This document shows, piece after piece, positions 1 to 7,900 of a stretch of 31,222 nucleotides of DNA. This DNA is from a virus (taxonomy: Duplodnaviria > Caudoviricetes), in the IMG/VR virus record IMGVR_UViG_3300017747_002822, positions 1 to 31,222 of that record; one strand, written 5' to 3'. The position numbers and the translations under genes are program-made. How positions within the stretch are numbered: the first letter of the stretch is position 1; every line of letters starts with the position of its first letter. Below the pieces are notes generated by a model. The model did no database searches. It was not told where the DNA came from and saw only the letters and a program-made list of their open reading frames with translations.

Positions 1-177
1 AATATCCCGCATCATTACCTCATCATTACTTTCGTGATACGTTGCGTCATATTCCAACTCCGCAATCCGTCGCGCCTGTTTCTCCAATGCGTCGGCGGCT
101 TCGGACATCGTTGACCACCATCCGTCAACGCCTTCATCTTCGCCACGGCGCAGCGATTTAATCAGGGCGTCAGTCAT
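1..177 (-). CDS. Hypothetical early protein, truncated at the window edge (EAADALE..RRIAEL coiled-coil type)
   Basis: ATG at 177 overlaps the upstream stop (ATGACTGA). Open for 59 codons to base 1: MTDALIKSLRRGEDEGVDGWWSTMSEAADALEKQARRIAELE. Shares this motif with 460..819. Confidence 0.75.
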   Translation of the reverse strand, partial: MTDALIKSLRRGEDEGVDGWWSTMSEAADALEKQARRIAELEYDATYHESNDEVMMRDI

Positions 178-289
178 CTTTCTTCTCCAAAGCGGAGCAG
201 GCGGCGCTAATTAAAGCAGCTATTACGAACATGACTACCGCCGAAGTAGGAACCGCCAAGAACACCATAGCAACTTCACTTCCAGTCAT
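170..289 (-). CDS. Small single-TM membrane protein (39 aa)
   Basis: MTGSEVAMVFLAVPTSAVVMFVIAALISAACSALEKKDD: hydrophobic core with a charged tail, translationally coupled on both sides. Confidence 0.55.
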   Translation of the reverse strand: MTGSEVAMVFLAVPTSAVVMFVIAALISAACSALEKKDD

Positions 290-467
290 TCTTCTTTCCC
301 AGATAAGCGGCGCGGGCGGCGCGGAGTTTCTCGCGTTCCTCCCACATTTTCTCTGCAATTTTGTAAGCGTCTGTGACGATTTCGTCGTAGGGAATGCGCT
401 CATCAGTTGATAAAAGTCCCTGCATCGCCATCGCAGCCATCATGTCTAAGTAATGCTCGTTATCCAT
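276..467 (-). CDS. Small phage protein of the 'AA.AMQGL' type (63 aa)
   Basis: MDNEHYLDMMAAMAMQGLLS...DAYKIAEKM resembles the common D.FAA.AMQG..A..AY..AD.M small phage proteins. GGGGG RBS upstream. Confidence 0.75.
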   Translation of the reverse strand: MDNEHYLDMMAAMAMQGLLSTDERIPYDEIVTDAYKIAEKMWEEREKLRAARAAYLGKKNDWK

Positions 468-819
468 GATTTCCCCCCAAAGATTTCCGCGCTTTGCATA
501 ATTCACTCAGCCATTTTATGCGCTCGTTTCTCGTCATTCTGTTGTCTTCACTAAGACCTTCCGCCGCTTCAATCAGATTATTCAGCGCCGCTTCAAGTTC
601 CGTGATGCGGGCGGTGGCTGTTTTGTATTCGCTGTCCATAATGCGAACCTCTTTGTGCAACTCCGCAATCCGCCTGCCCTTCGCCTCTAATGCGTCGGCG
701 GCTTCGAAATCTGTCTTATAGTTAGGCGTATCTGTGCGGAGGCGATCTATAAGGTCGTCAGATTTATTCTGCACGGGGATTTCACTCCAATTAAGACGTT
801 CTTGAAAATCCGGAGTCAT
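460..819 (-). CDS. Hypothetical coiled-coil early protein (119 aa)
   Basis: Start MTPDFQ, ATGA-coupled to the upstream gene. Contains DDLIDRLR..EAADALEAKGRRIAEL and ARITELEAAL. Confidence 0.75.
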   Translation of the reverse strand: MTPDFQERLNWSEIPVQNKSDDLIDRLRTDTPNYKTDFEAADALEAKGRRIAELHKEVRIMDSEYKTATARITELEAALNNLIEAAEGLSEDNRMTRNERIKWLSELCKARKSLGGNHG

Positions 820-1058
820 TCTTCGCCTCCGAGGTTGGAAGAAGAACCTGCAAGTGAGCCTTCGGAGTTGTAATAGGTGGTGTAGCCGCCGATGGTGTTT
901 GCGCTTCCAGCATACTGGCCTTGCGGGCCGTAAAATGTGGAATAACCTGCGATGGTGTTGGCCGATCCGGCCAACTGGCCTTGAGGGCCGTAGAAAGTCG
1001 TGTAGCCGTCGCAGAGGCCAATACACAAACACAGGATCGAAGTTGCAATACGAGTCAT
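816..1058 (-). CDS. Small, possibly exported protein with three 20-aa beta-hairpin-like repeats (80 aa)
   Basis: Hydrophobic N-terminus MTRIATSILCLCIGLCDG, then GYTTFYGPQGQLAGSANTIA / GYSTFYGPQGQYAGSANTIG / GYTTYYNSEGSLAGSSSNLG. Confidence 0.75.
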   Translation of the reverse strand: MTRIATSILCLCIGLCDGYTTFYGPQGQLAGSANTIAGYSTFYGPQGQYAGSANTIGGYTTYYNSEGSLAGSSSNLGGEE

Positions 1059-1059
1059 G

Positions 1060-1413
1060 TTAGAAGTCTCCGAGCAGATCGTTGAGGTCGAGGGTGACAG
1101 GTGCTGGCGATGGGCTAACAGGCGAAGCCGGTTTCCAGCCAAATTCGCGTTCCGCCACGCCTTCGGGATCTGCTAACCAGCGTGTCCAGAACGCTGCGAA
1201 ACAATCCGTGCGGATTGTTAGCACTTTTCGGGTCGAGCGGTTGGGGCCGGACGAAAAGAACCCGGAGATTTCCACTTCCGTGCCGTCGCCTATCGGACTG
1301 CAGTAAAGTCCGGGGATGATCGAGAGTCCGCCGGGGTTGATGTCGGTGCGGAACGCGGGGAGCCCGGAGATGCGCGGGCGGGATGGGTCGAGGAAATGCA
1401 GAGGGGTCATCAC
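1060..1413 (-). CDS. Hypothetical protein (117 aa) with an acidic tail ending in Phe
   Basis: Coupled to the helicase stop. Ends TLDLNDLLGDF after a Pro/Ser linker. Confidence 0.7.
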   Translation of the reverse strand: MMTPLHFLDPSRPRISGLPAFRTDINPGGLSIIPGLYCSPIGDGTEVEISGFFSSGPNRSTRKVLTIRTDCFAAFWTRWLADPEGVAEREFGWKPASPVSPSPAPVTLDLNDLLGDF

Positions 1414-2906
1414 GAAAAATCCTTGAGGTTTGCCAGAATTAAAGTGTGTTTTGTTCTAGTTTCGAGCACGTATTGTAAGTTGTGCTCCTGTTTGATTTCG
1501 TCCTCTTTCTTGGCCCACTTAGAAGGGATGCGCCACGGATCGAGATGGATCACGGTGTCCCATTCCAGACCCTTCGCTTTGTGGCCTGTGGCGAGTGTCA
1601 CAAGGCCGGAGTCTTTCGCGAACAAGTTGTCGAGTTCAGACACAAGGGAGCGGACTGTGCGCGGCGAACGGTTTTCGATGACCGCCACAATGCACTCGTA
1701 TCGGTCCGTGATCGAGTCGAGCTTCGTCGCGTCCTCATTTACTTCCGCTTTTGACCGTTCGGTTTCGAACCAACTGTTAAGCGTTTGCTTGAACAGGTCG
1801 ATGGACTGGGCCTGATCGGGCGATAGCTTTTTGCAAAGCGCCGACAGCCCCCGGCCAATGTCGCGTCCGAGCATGTTCACGCCCAAACCTTTGCGGAGCA
1901 ACTTAAAGGCCATGCTTAAAAGCGGCGCGTTGTTTCGACAGAGGATTGCAATTTCGCCGTGGGAAAGGCTTTCGACTGCGCCCCATGTCCATTCCTCGCC
2001 GGATAGAAACGTGTTGACGGAGCCCACTGGGTTGCTATCGGCGGCGCGATATGCCGGGGCGTGAACGTGTTGGCGCTCCACGACACTTTGCGGACAGCGG
2101 AACGTGGTGTTGAGCGGGAGTTCGATCCATTCGGATTTGAGGGTTTTGAGGTTCGTCATGGAATTGTGGTCTGCGCCGCGAAACGCATAGATGGCCTGCC
2201 GGGGATCGCCCACGACTATGAGTTTACCTGCCGCGACCTTGCGGAGCATTTGGTGGTTAAGCGGAGAAAGGTCTTGGGCCTCGTCCACGAGCACTGTGTT
2301 GAAACGCGGGAACGCGCCGGAAAAGACGACAGGGAGGTAGATCTGGTCGTCGTATGAAATGCAGCCGTTCATGCCTTCTTCGATGGAGGCGATCAACACA
2401 CGACGCGCTAACTTGCGCTCGTCAGCTGTGAGGTTTAAGTCAAGTTCGTAGTCGAGCGCTTCCCATGTTTCGGGCGTGTCGGGGACGAGGGACTTTGCGT
2501 GCTGGAATTGGGACGGCACGAGTCCCCGCTGCATCGCCATGACGACAAGTGTGCGGATTGCTGACCATTCGCCCTTGCTTTCGGGGAAGGGCTTGAGCGC
2601 GTCGGTTGTGAGTCGCCCGATCTTGTTCGCGTCGATCAGCATTTTCTTTTTGTTGATCGTGAAACTCCACGCGCGATGGCCGAGGCCGTTCATGGTCATA
2701 ACGCTGAAGTTCTTAGGGAAACGCTTTTCGAGTTCCTCTTTGATTTTCTTGTTGAAGGCGAGAGCGAGGGCAGGCTCGGGGGGCAAAGCCTTGGCAAGCA
2801 TGGTGAGGGTTGTGGTTTTGCCGGTGCCTGCTAGGGCGTTCACGATCAGAGACTGCGGCTGCGTGGCGGCATGAATGATGGCGGCTTGTTCGGGAGTTGG
2901 TTTCAC
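1410..2906 (-). CDS. Superfamily 1 (UvrD/Rep-like) DNA helicase
   Basis: Q motif PTPEQ, Walker A ALAGTGKT, LAFN, Walker B VLVDEAQD, VGDPRQAIYAFRGA, TFRCP, AILCRNN, TGHKAKGLEWD and a degenerate motif VI (YVLETRTK). Confidence 0.95.
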   Translation of the reverse strand: MKPTPEQAAIIHAATQPQSLIVNALAGTGKTTTLTMLAKALPPEPALALAFNKKIKEELEKRFPKNFSVMTMNGLGHRAWSFTINKKKMLIDANKIGRLTTDALKPFPESKGEWSAIRTLVVMAMQRGLVPSQFQHAKSLVPDTPETWEALDYELDLNLTADERKLARRVLIASIEEGMNGCISYDDQIYLPVVFSGAFPRFNTVLVDEAQDLSPLNHQMLRKVAAGKLIVVGDPRQAIYAFRGADHNSMTNLKTLKSEWIELPLNTTFRCPQSVVERQHVHAPAYRAADSNPVGSVNTFLSGEEWTWGAVESLSHGEIAILCRNNAPLLSMAFKLLRKGLGVNMLGRDIGRGLSALCKKLSPDQAQSIDLFKQTLNSWFETERSKAEVNEDATKLDSITDRYECIVAVIENRSPRTVRSLVSELDNLFAKDSGLVTLATGHKAKGLEWDTVIHLDPWRIPSKWAKKEDEIKQEHNLQYVLETRTKHTLILANLKDFS

Positions 2907-2929
2907 GACAGATACCTTTCAGTTGTGGG

Positions 2930-3172
2930 TTACGAAATGCGATGCACTAAAAGGCCGAAGCCTTTTGTGTTGTGGGTGGAGCGGATTGTTATTCTAAAGC
3001 CTGGGTTGTGCTTTTCGCGGAAGCGTCGAGCTGCGTTGTGCACCTGTGTTGAAAAGTTGGGCCTCAGATCATAAGAACAGGGCATGAAGAAAGCGTCACC
3101 GATCTCCATGCTTGCGAAGGGATATTGAGTGAGAGGCTCCGGCTTTTTGCCTTTCAAGATTTTGAATTGCAT
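2930..3172 (-). CDS. Small basic, putative DNA-binding phage protein (YPF..M.IGD.F type, 80 aa)
   Basis: MQFKILKGKKPEPLTQYPFASMEIGDAFFMP...NAARRF...FRITIRS, a pattern common in small phage proteins. Confidence 0.75.
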   Translation of the reverse strand: MQFKILKGKKPEPLTQYPFASMEIGDAFFMPCSYDLRPNFSTQVHNAARRFREKHNPGFRITIRSTHNTKGFGLLVHRIS

Positions 3173-3182
3173 GGTGCGCTCG

Positions 3183-3617
3183 TCAAATGTTGAAGATGAC
3201 GGCGGCCTGGCCCGAACCCGTAAACGAAAGTTTGCACGGGAAGCCACTCCATAGAAAACCCTCGCCGGAGACTGCAGCATCCTCATTATGCCCTTCGATG
3301 ACGAACGCGAGGCGCTCTTGGTGGACCGCAGCGTGTTCCTTAGCGAGATAACCAAGCTGCCAAAAGCGTTGTTCGAGAAGGTCGTCGAGGTTTCCTCCGC
3401 TTCCCGGAAGGGTTGACTCGAGTTCGTCCTTTGCGTCCTGCGACAGGTGCGAGGCGTCGAACCAGACCGCGACGGCGTTTGCGTCGTAAGGGTTAGACGG
3501 CTCGGGACGGAGTTCCAAAACGTAACCGGCGGGGAGAGTCTGGATGATGGTTTTCGCCGGGGGGCGGAAATGTGCGCCGACGAGCGGGACGACGAATGTG
3601 TTGGCGTTGGGGATCAT
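3183..3617 (-). CDS. HIRAN-domain protein
   Basis: VGAHFR, LELRPEPSNPYDANAVAV and QLGYL match HIRAN signature motifs. Confidence 0.85.
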   Translation of the reverse strand: MIPNANTFVVPLVGAHFRPPAKTIIQTLPAGYVLELRPEPSNPYDANAVAVWFDASHLSQDAKDELESTLPGSGGNLDDLLEQRFWQLGYLAKEHAAVHQERLAFVIEGHNEDAAVSGEGFLWSGFPCKLSFTGSGQAAVIFNI

Positions 3618-3628
3618 GCTTTTACCTT

Positions 3629-3856
3629 TCAGTTTAGTGTTATGTTGTCAGGAGTCGGTTCATAACCTTCAATCAACATTTCCATCATGGCGAGTTGATC
3701 GTTTTTTGACACGTTGGAAATCGCACAGAGTTTCATGCCTCCCGGTAGATCAAAACCTACGATAAGCATGTGAGGTCTGCCTGTGATGACGGGCTGAAGT
3801 GCAGACACAGCTTTCCGCATGAGTTCGCGTTCCTCGTTGTCAGTGTCATGAGTCAT
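3629..3856 (-). CDS. Hypothetical protein (75 aa)
   Basis: ATG overlaps the upstream stop. Fits the contiguous minus-strand gene tiling. Confidence 0.65.
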   Translation of the reverse strand: MTHDTDNEERELMRKAVSALQPVITGRPHMLIVGFDLPGGMKLCAISNVSKNDQLAMMEMLIEGYEPTPDNITLN

Positions 3857-4169
3857 ACTTTGCTCTTTCGTCTGGAGTCATTTTGGTGAAGTCAGCGGCG
3901 ATGTTGAAACCTTTTTGTATAAGGTCAAATTCTTTCGCCATGCTTTCTCCCCAGACTTTGTAAAGTTTTTCAGGCGGCACTTCGCCGCATTGGAGGCGCG
4001 CGGAGCAGTAAAGCATCATAAACGCGGCGGACATGGCGGACGATGCGACGGCGGCGAGCATGTCTGGGTGACGACCGAATGTGTCGCATGTGCGGTTGAT
4101 GGACTCGATTGTGCGGTCATACGCGAGCTTTTGTGCGTCGCGGCGTATGTGGGGTGGATCGTTAGGCAT
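3846..4169 (-). CDS. Hypothetical protein (107 aa)
   Basis: Start MPNDPP with a GGAG RBS. Tiles between its neighbours. Confidence 0.65.
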   Translation of the reverse strand: MPNDPPHIRRDAQKLAYDRTIESINRTCDTFGRHPDMLAAVASSAMSAAFMMLYCSARLQCGEVPPEKLYKVWGESMAKEFDLIQKGFNIAADFTKMTPDERAKYDS

Positions 4170-4380
4170 AAGGATGCTCCGCAAGTTTTTGTTCGATGAA
4201 TGAAATAATCTCGTCGATTTCGACGGGGGTGAGGCGCGTTGCTTTGCCTTTGGCGTGTAAGTTTAGTTGTCGAGTCCAAAGGGCTAATAGCTGACGCAAG
4301 ATGGGGCCAAGGTCTTGATTGGGATAGTGAGCGCACAAGGCGCTCACTTCTTTCAGAATGTCGGAGACGGTATGCGTCAC
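4162..4380 (-). CDS. Hypothetical protein (72 aa)
   Basis: GTGA-coupled to the upstream gene. Helical, protein-like sequence. Confidence 0.6.
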   Translation of the reverse strand: MTHTVSDILKEVSALCAHYPNQDLGPILRQLLALWTRQLNLHAKGKATRLTPVEIDEIISFIEQKLAEHPYA

Positions 4381-4652
4381 GCGACGGCCTGCGGGGCGGA
4401 AAGCAACGGGAGGTTGAGGGCTTTGATGATGTCGGGGCTCGCCGTCATTGTTTCGAGCTTTGCGAAGGCTTTGATGATAGCTTCGTCTCCGTTCGCAGCG
4501 ACGGCTTTGAGTTTAAGTTCGGTTCCCTCGTTATTCATAGTGATGACGCAACCCCAGCGTTCATCGTCGCCCGTCCAAGACGTTGTATTGCGGAAAATGG
4601 TGACTTCAGCGTTAAGGATGTTGAGTTTGGAGAAGATCTGGGAAAGGGTCAT
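4377..4652 (-). CDS. Hypothetical protein (91 aa)
   Basis: AGGAGCC RBS before the ATG. Confidence 0.7.
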   Translation of the reverse strand: MTLSQIFSKLNILNAEVTIFRNTTSWTGDDERWGCVITMNNEGTELKLKAVAANGDEAIIKAFAKLETMTASPDIIKALNLPLLSAPQAVA

Positions 4653-4722
4653 TTTAGGCTCCTAAGTTGCAAGGTGTTAGGCACATTGGAAAGTGAGTAG
4701 CAGAGGGGGTTAACGCTTCGCG

Positions 4723-5094
4723 TTAAAATTCAAAGTTGGGGTCGTTAAAGAGTTCCTCCATGTCTTTCAGTTTTTCGGTGAGAGGTTTGCGGGCGAAGCG
4801 TTCACGCTCGGCGCGTTCCTTGGCGCGCTCGGCTTTCGCCTCGACGTTCGGATCACGAGCCCATGAATTGACGACATGCTGGATCGGCATGGTCGGACCT
4901 GCGATGCGATGCGGGGTTGAGGCTTGCGCCATCTCGCGTTCCCGCAGGACGCGCATTAAAGCGGCCATACCGCCGGGAGTCGCGGGGAAGGAAAGCTCTT
5001 GCGTGTAGCCTTTCGTGGCGCGGAGTTGCAGATAGATGAAATCGCCTTCCGAATAGATGGCGGTGGCAGCGTGGTAAGGGGCGGTTCGTGACAT
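4723..5094 (-). CDS. Hypothetical protein (123 aa) with an acidic/aromatic C-terminus
   Basis: GGAGCC RBS before MSRTAP. First gene after the promoter at 5166-5194. Ends EELFNDPNFEF. Confidence 0.7.
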   Translation of the reverse strand: MSRTAPYHAATAIYSEGDFIYLQLRATKGYTQELSFPATPGGMAALMRVLREREMAQASTPHRIAGPTMPIQHVVNSWARDPNVEAKAERAKERAERERFARKPLTEKLKDMEELFNDPNFEF

Positions 5095-5165
5095 GCGAGG
5101 CTCCGAGGTGGCGCAAAGCGCCGGGTATGAGGTAACATAAGGCAAAGGGCGAAAACCCTCATATC

Positions 5166-5194
5166 ATAATGGCACAACGGGGGACAACGTGCAA
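5166..5194 (-). promoter_or_regulatory. Sigma70-like promoter TTGCAC-N17-CATTAT overlapped by ACAACG repeats
   Basis: The minus strand reads ttgcac gttgtcccccgttgtgc cattat, in an intergenic gap. Confidence 0.55.
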
Positions 5195-5215
5195 CAACGA
5201 AACGTCAATCTGGCG

Positions 5216-5398
5216 TCATTCGTCGTAAAAAATCGCCCGACACAATCCGTGCGGGCAGATGGCGTGGCGCGTTTCATCATCCCAGAGCACGAGATACGAG
5301 AAAATAAACGAGCCATAGATGAATGAATACGCGATGATCGAGAACAAAAGCCACATAGACACAAACGCGAGCACTATGGCGACGGCGGCGAGAGCCAT
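5216..5398 (-). CDS. Small membrane protein (60 aa)
   Basis: MALAAVAIVLAFVSMWLLFSIIAYSFIYGSFIFSYLVLW: a long hydrophobic stretch. Confidence 0.55.
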   Translation of the reverse strand: MALAAVAIVLAFVSMWLLFSIIAYSFIYGSFIFSYLVLWDDETRHAICPHGLCRAIFYDE

Positions 5399-5399
5399 A

Positions 5400-5603
5400 T
5401 TAGTAATCTTTCTCTTCCAGAGGGCGGAGATGAAGTTCCACTTTGCCGGGGGATAGGCAGATGATCTGCGCCCAGAAGTTTTCAGGCTTATAGGCGCGGA
5501 TGATGACGAATGCCTCGTCCATGTCGGCACAGATGAATGTTAGGGTTTTGCGCTTGCGCTCATCGGTCACGGTAATAGTCCTCGTCTGGATAGGTGTCCT
5601 CAT
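5400..5603 (-). CDS. Hypothetical protein (67 aa)
   Basis: Tiles in the minus-strand array and overlaps the end of the upstream gene. Confidence 0.55.
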   Translation of the reverse strand: MRTPIQTRTITVTDERKRKTLTFICADMDEAFVIIRAYKPENFWAQIICLSPGKVELHLRPLEEKDY

Positions 5604-5883
5604 CTTCGCCCCATTCGCTCACGTATTCGAGGATCGCGTCGTCAACTGCGCGATGGGTTGCAAGGAGTTCGAGCAGCGCGCCAGTCGCCTCGAAGAGCGG
5701 GGCGTCCGGTTTGTCGGGATCGTCGAGTTTGAGGTGGATCGAATTGACTTCCCACTCCGGGTCGTCCCCCTCGTAGCAATTCTCCGGCGGGCCGTAAAGC
5801 TGCGGCTTAGTGCCCGGATGGGTCAGCGTCCAGTCGATGTCGAGGATGAAGTCGTGGCCCATGAAAAAGATACCGGTCTGCAT
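5560..5883 (-). CDS. Acidic hypothetical protein (107 aa)
   Basis: Start MQTGIFF after the repeated AAAACCTGGAGCC leader. Contains YGPPENCY and an acidic tail EDEDTYPDEDYYRDR. Confidence 0.75.
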   Translation of the reverse strand: MQTGIFFMGHDFILDIDWTLTHPGTKPQLYGPPENCYEGDDPEWEVNSIHLKLDDPDKPDAPLFEATGALLELLATHRAVDDAILEYVSEWGEDEDTYPDEDYYRDR

Positions 5884-5889
5884 GATTTT

Positions 5890-5904
5890 GGCTCCAGGTT
5901 TTGA
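5890..5904 (-). repeat. Leader/RBS repeat copy 1 (ggctccaggttttga on the + strand)
   Basis: Exact 15-bp match to 7884-7898 and a 12-bp match to 8137-8148. Confidence 0.85.
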
Positions 5905-5924
5905 GAGGTGAAAGGGTGCGCCTG

Positions 5925-6341
5925 TTAGGGCGCGGGCCAGATGTAGGGAAGGTCGGGGCCGTCGATCCAATGCCATTGGGAATAGTGCGCGGGCTCTTTG
6001 CGGAGAAGGTTTGAGCGGTGGGAGGCATGGAAATCGGCGTCGCCGAGCCAAGGGGGCGGGGAAGCGGCCTCGCCGCTTGGCATGTGGGCGGCGATTTTCT
6101 CCGCACAAGTGTCGTTAAAGCCCCGGCGTTTCCACTCCTCGCAGATCGCAAGGCCATATAGCACAAGGTGAGGAATGTGGCCCTTCCACATTTTGACTGC
6201 GGGATGGTTCTGCCAACCATAAGAGGGGTTGGTGAGGGCGTTGAGGATTTGCAGCGTTTCAACGCGTTGTTTGCCGAGTCTGCGGTTGTCGAGAGATCGG
6301 GCGGACATGGGGAAGTCAGCGTATGGGAGAAAGGTCTGCAT
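5925..6341 (-). CDS. Pyrimidine dimer DNA glycosylase / endonuclease V-like protein (MSMEG_6728-like family)
   Basis: MQTFLP...LD.RRLGKQRVE.LQI...GW.NHPAV.MW.G, EW.RRG..D, PPWLG...H.SH.SNLLRK.P.HY and Y.WP are characteristic of this family. Confidence 0.88.
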   Translation of the reverse strand: MQTFLPYADFPMSARSLDNRRLGKQRVETLQILNALTNPSYGWQNHPAVKMWKGHIPHLVLYGLAICEEWKRRGFNDTCAEKIAAHMPSGEAASPPPWLGDADFHASHRSNLLRKEPAHYSQWHWIDGPDLPYIWPAP

Positions 6342-6353
6342 GTTAGGCTCCTG

Positions 6354-6542
6354 TTAGCCGTGAGAATTGCGAAGCAACCACTGGCGTTCGGCCTCGTTAT
6401 CGAGCGCCTCTTGCAAATCAGAAATAAATTGTTCGAGGTCCAGCCTCTCGTCTTTTGTGATTTTGAAGTTGGGGTTTTGCAGGTTGGCGACGAGAACGCG
6501 GATAGCAGTCTGCGATCCGTCTGGGTAAAGGTCAGCGATCAT
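6354..6542 (-). CDS. Hypothetical protein (62 aa)
   Basis: ATGA-coupled to the upstream gene. Confidence 0.6.
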   Translation of the reverse strand: MIADLYPDGSQTAIRVLVANLQNPNFKITKDERLDLEQFISDLQEALDNEAERQWLLRNSHG

Positions 6543-6820
6543 TCTTCATCTCCATCTGGTGAGGGGTAAGAGGCGTCGTTGATTAGATGCTGGGCGATTT
6601 CGTGCCAGTTTACGTCGGAGATGAAGGCGAGGGCGTAGGACAGAACGAGGCCGTCACCAGTTTCTTCGAGGTGCTGTTCGACATACTCGCGGCACCAAAG
6701 CGCAGCGTCAGCGAGATATGGTTTGTCATCGATGAAATCAGAAAGGTCGATGTCGTCGAAGATCTCCAGGTTGATTCGCCATGTGGCGTAGTTCGTCCAG
6801 CCGTTGTATTTGTCACTCAT
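6539..6820 (-). CDS. Acidic early phage protein (YNGWTNYATW type)
   Basis: N-terminal YNGWTNYATW.INL and C-terminal VNWHEIA motifs, recognisable from widespread early phage proteins. Confidence 0.8.
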   Translation of the reverse strand: MSDKYNGWTNYATWRINLEIFDDIDLSDFIDDKPYLADAALWCREYVEQHLEETGDGLVLSYALAFISDVNWHEIAQHLINDASYPSPDGDEE

Positions 6821-7094
6821 AGCCTTGTCCTTTCAGAATGTCTCTAAGTTCCTGTTTGATACGGCGGGCTTCTGGGCCGCGCCATGTGGAGGCGTTGGAT
6901 AGAAAGTAAGCGACGACGCTGGTGCCGGAGTCGAGGCCGTAGGGCTCCGTGATTTGGTTTAGAGAACGCATGGCGTAGATGTAAGGGAAAGCCGCAAAAT
7001 GCGGCTTGGGCCAGTTGTTTCGGATGTCCTGCGCGATGATGTAAAGGGGGCGATGCGTGTCGGCTGGAGCGCCTTCGGCGGGAGAGTCGGTCAT
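6813..7094 (-). CDS. Conserved early phage hypothetical protein (93 aa)
   Basis: RPL..IA.DI...W..P...A.PY..AM, YG.DS..SVV.YFLSNA.TWRG..AR.IK.EL pattern. Confidence 0.8.
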   Translation of the reverse strand: MTDSPAEGAPADTHRPLYIIAQDIRNNWPKPHFAAFPYIYAMRSLNQITEPYGLDSGTSVVAYFLSNASTWRGPEARRIKQELRDILKGQGYE

Positions 7095-7095
7095 G

Positions 7096-7386
7096 TCATT
7101 CGTCCGAGGTTATGGGGAGAGCAGATTGCATGGTGGCGATCCAGATAGTGAGGTCGTCGATTGCCATTGCGGCCTGCGTTCGTTTGTATTTGGTGTTGGT
7201 GATCTCGCCTGCAACGCGCAGCATGTTGGTTATGCCCATGCCGCGAGTTGGGATGACCTTTCCGTCAGTCTTGATGTAGAGCTGCAGGGCGGAGCGGATT
7301 GAGCGGGCGCGGAAGTATGCGACAGCGTCGGGGCCGGAATAGCTGACTGCGCCAGATTTGCCGATGTGAATTGATGAGTCTTGCAT
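7096..7386 (-). CDS. Hypothetical protein (96 aa)
   Basis: Start MQDSSI. Contains a PTRG..ITG/N..YKR-like pattern and tiles in the array. Confidence 0.7.
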   Translation of the reverse strand: MQDSSIHIGKSGAVSYSGPDAVAYFRARSIRSALQLYIKTDGKVIPTRGMGITNMLRVAGEITNTKYKRTQAAMAIDDLTIWIATMQSALPITSDE

Positions 7387-7397
7387 GTTGCTGCCTG

Positions 7398-7613
7398 TTA
7401 GTTGGAAATGGTCTGGATGATGAAGCGGCGGTCGTCGCGGACGAGCCACTTGGTGCCGCGCCAGACGTTGATGGCTTGCGCGACAGGCCAGAGGGGTGTC
7501 TGAAAGCGGAAGCGTTTACCTGCGCGAGTTTTGCCGGTCACGAGGTAAATGTCGCCGGGGGCGGGAGTCCAAGAGACTGCGCCGTTGGGGAGGGTGGTGA
7601 TAGGGGACTGCAT
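7398..7613 (-). CDS. Hypothetical protein (71 aa)
   Basis: AGGAGCC RBS. Contains YLVTGKTRAGKRFR...INVWRGTKW. Confidence 0.75.
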   Translation of the reverse strand: MQSPITTLPNGAVSWTPAPGDIYLVTGKTRAGKRFRFQTPLWPVAQAINVWRGTKWLVRDDRRFIIQTISN

Positions 7614-7633
7614 GGTGGAGGCTCCTGAAAGGA

Positions 7634-7651
7634 AGCGGCCTTTAGGCCGCT
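7634..7651 (-). terminator. GC hairpin over a stop codon (weak terminator or processing/stability site)
   Basis: agcggcc-ttta-ggccgct perfect 7-bp stem, followed by tcctttc on the minus strand. Confidence 0.4.
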
Positions 7652-7878
7652 GGGGTTATGAAAATGCAGATGGGGTTATTGGCGAGGTCGAGGCGGATCA
7701 AATCGCCCCAGTCTGTCGTGCGGTGACGGCAGGGCGCGAGGCCAAGGGCCTTTTTGGCTCGTCTAATGAGCATCTGGGAGGTGGCTGTGGCCGGGGCGTC
7801 GATTTCGACTCGATGCGCCCAGCAGTAGTTAGCTTCGCCAGCGAAAGTATCGGTCATTTCGACTGAGTATTTGCACAT
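7642..7878 (-). CDS. Small early phage protein (TDTF.GEANY.W type, 78 aa)
   Basis: EMTDTFAGEANYCWAHR...RRAKKALGL. Starts after the leader repeat. Confidence 0.8.
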   Translation of the reverse strand: MCKYSVEMTDTFAGEANYCWAHRVEIDAPATATSQMLIRRAKKALGLAPCRHRTTDWGDLIRLDLANNPICIFITPAA

Positions 7879-7883
7879 GGGAG

Positions 7884-7898
7884 GGCTCCAGGTTTTGA
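7884..7898 (-). repeat. Leader/RBS repeat copy 2
   Basis: ggctccaggttttga. 7876-7895 matches 8129-8148 at 19/20 positions. Confidence 0.85.
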
Positions 7899-7900
7899 AG

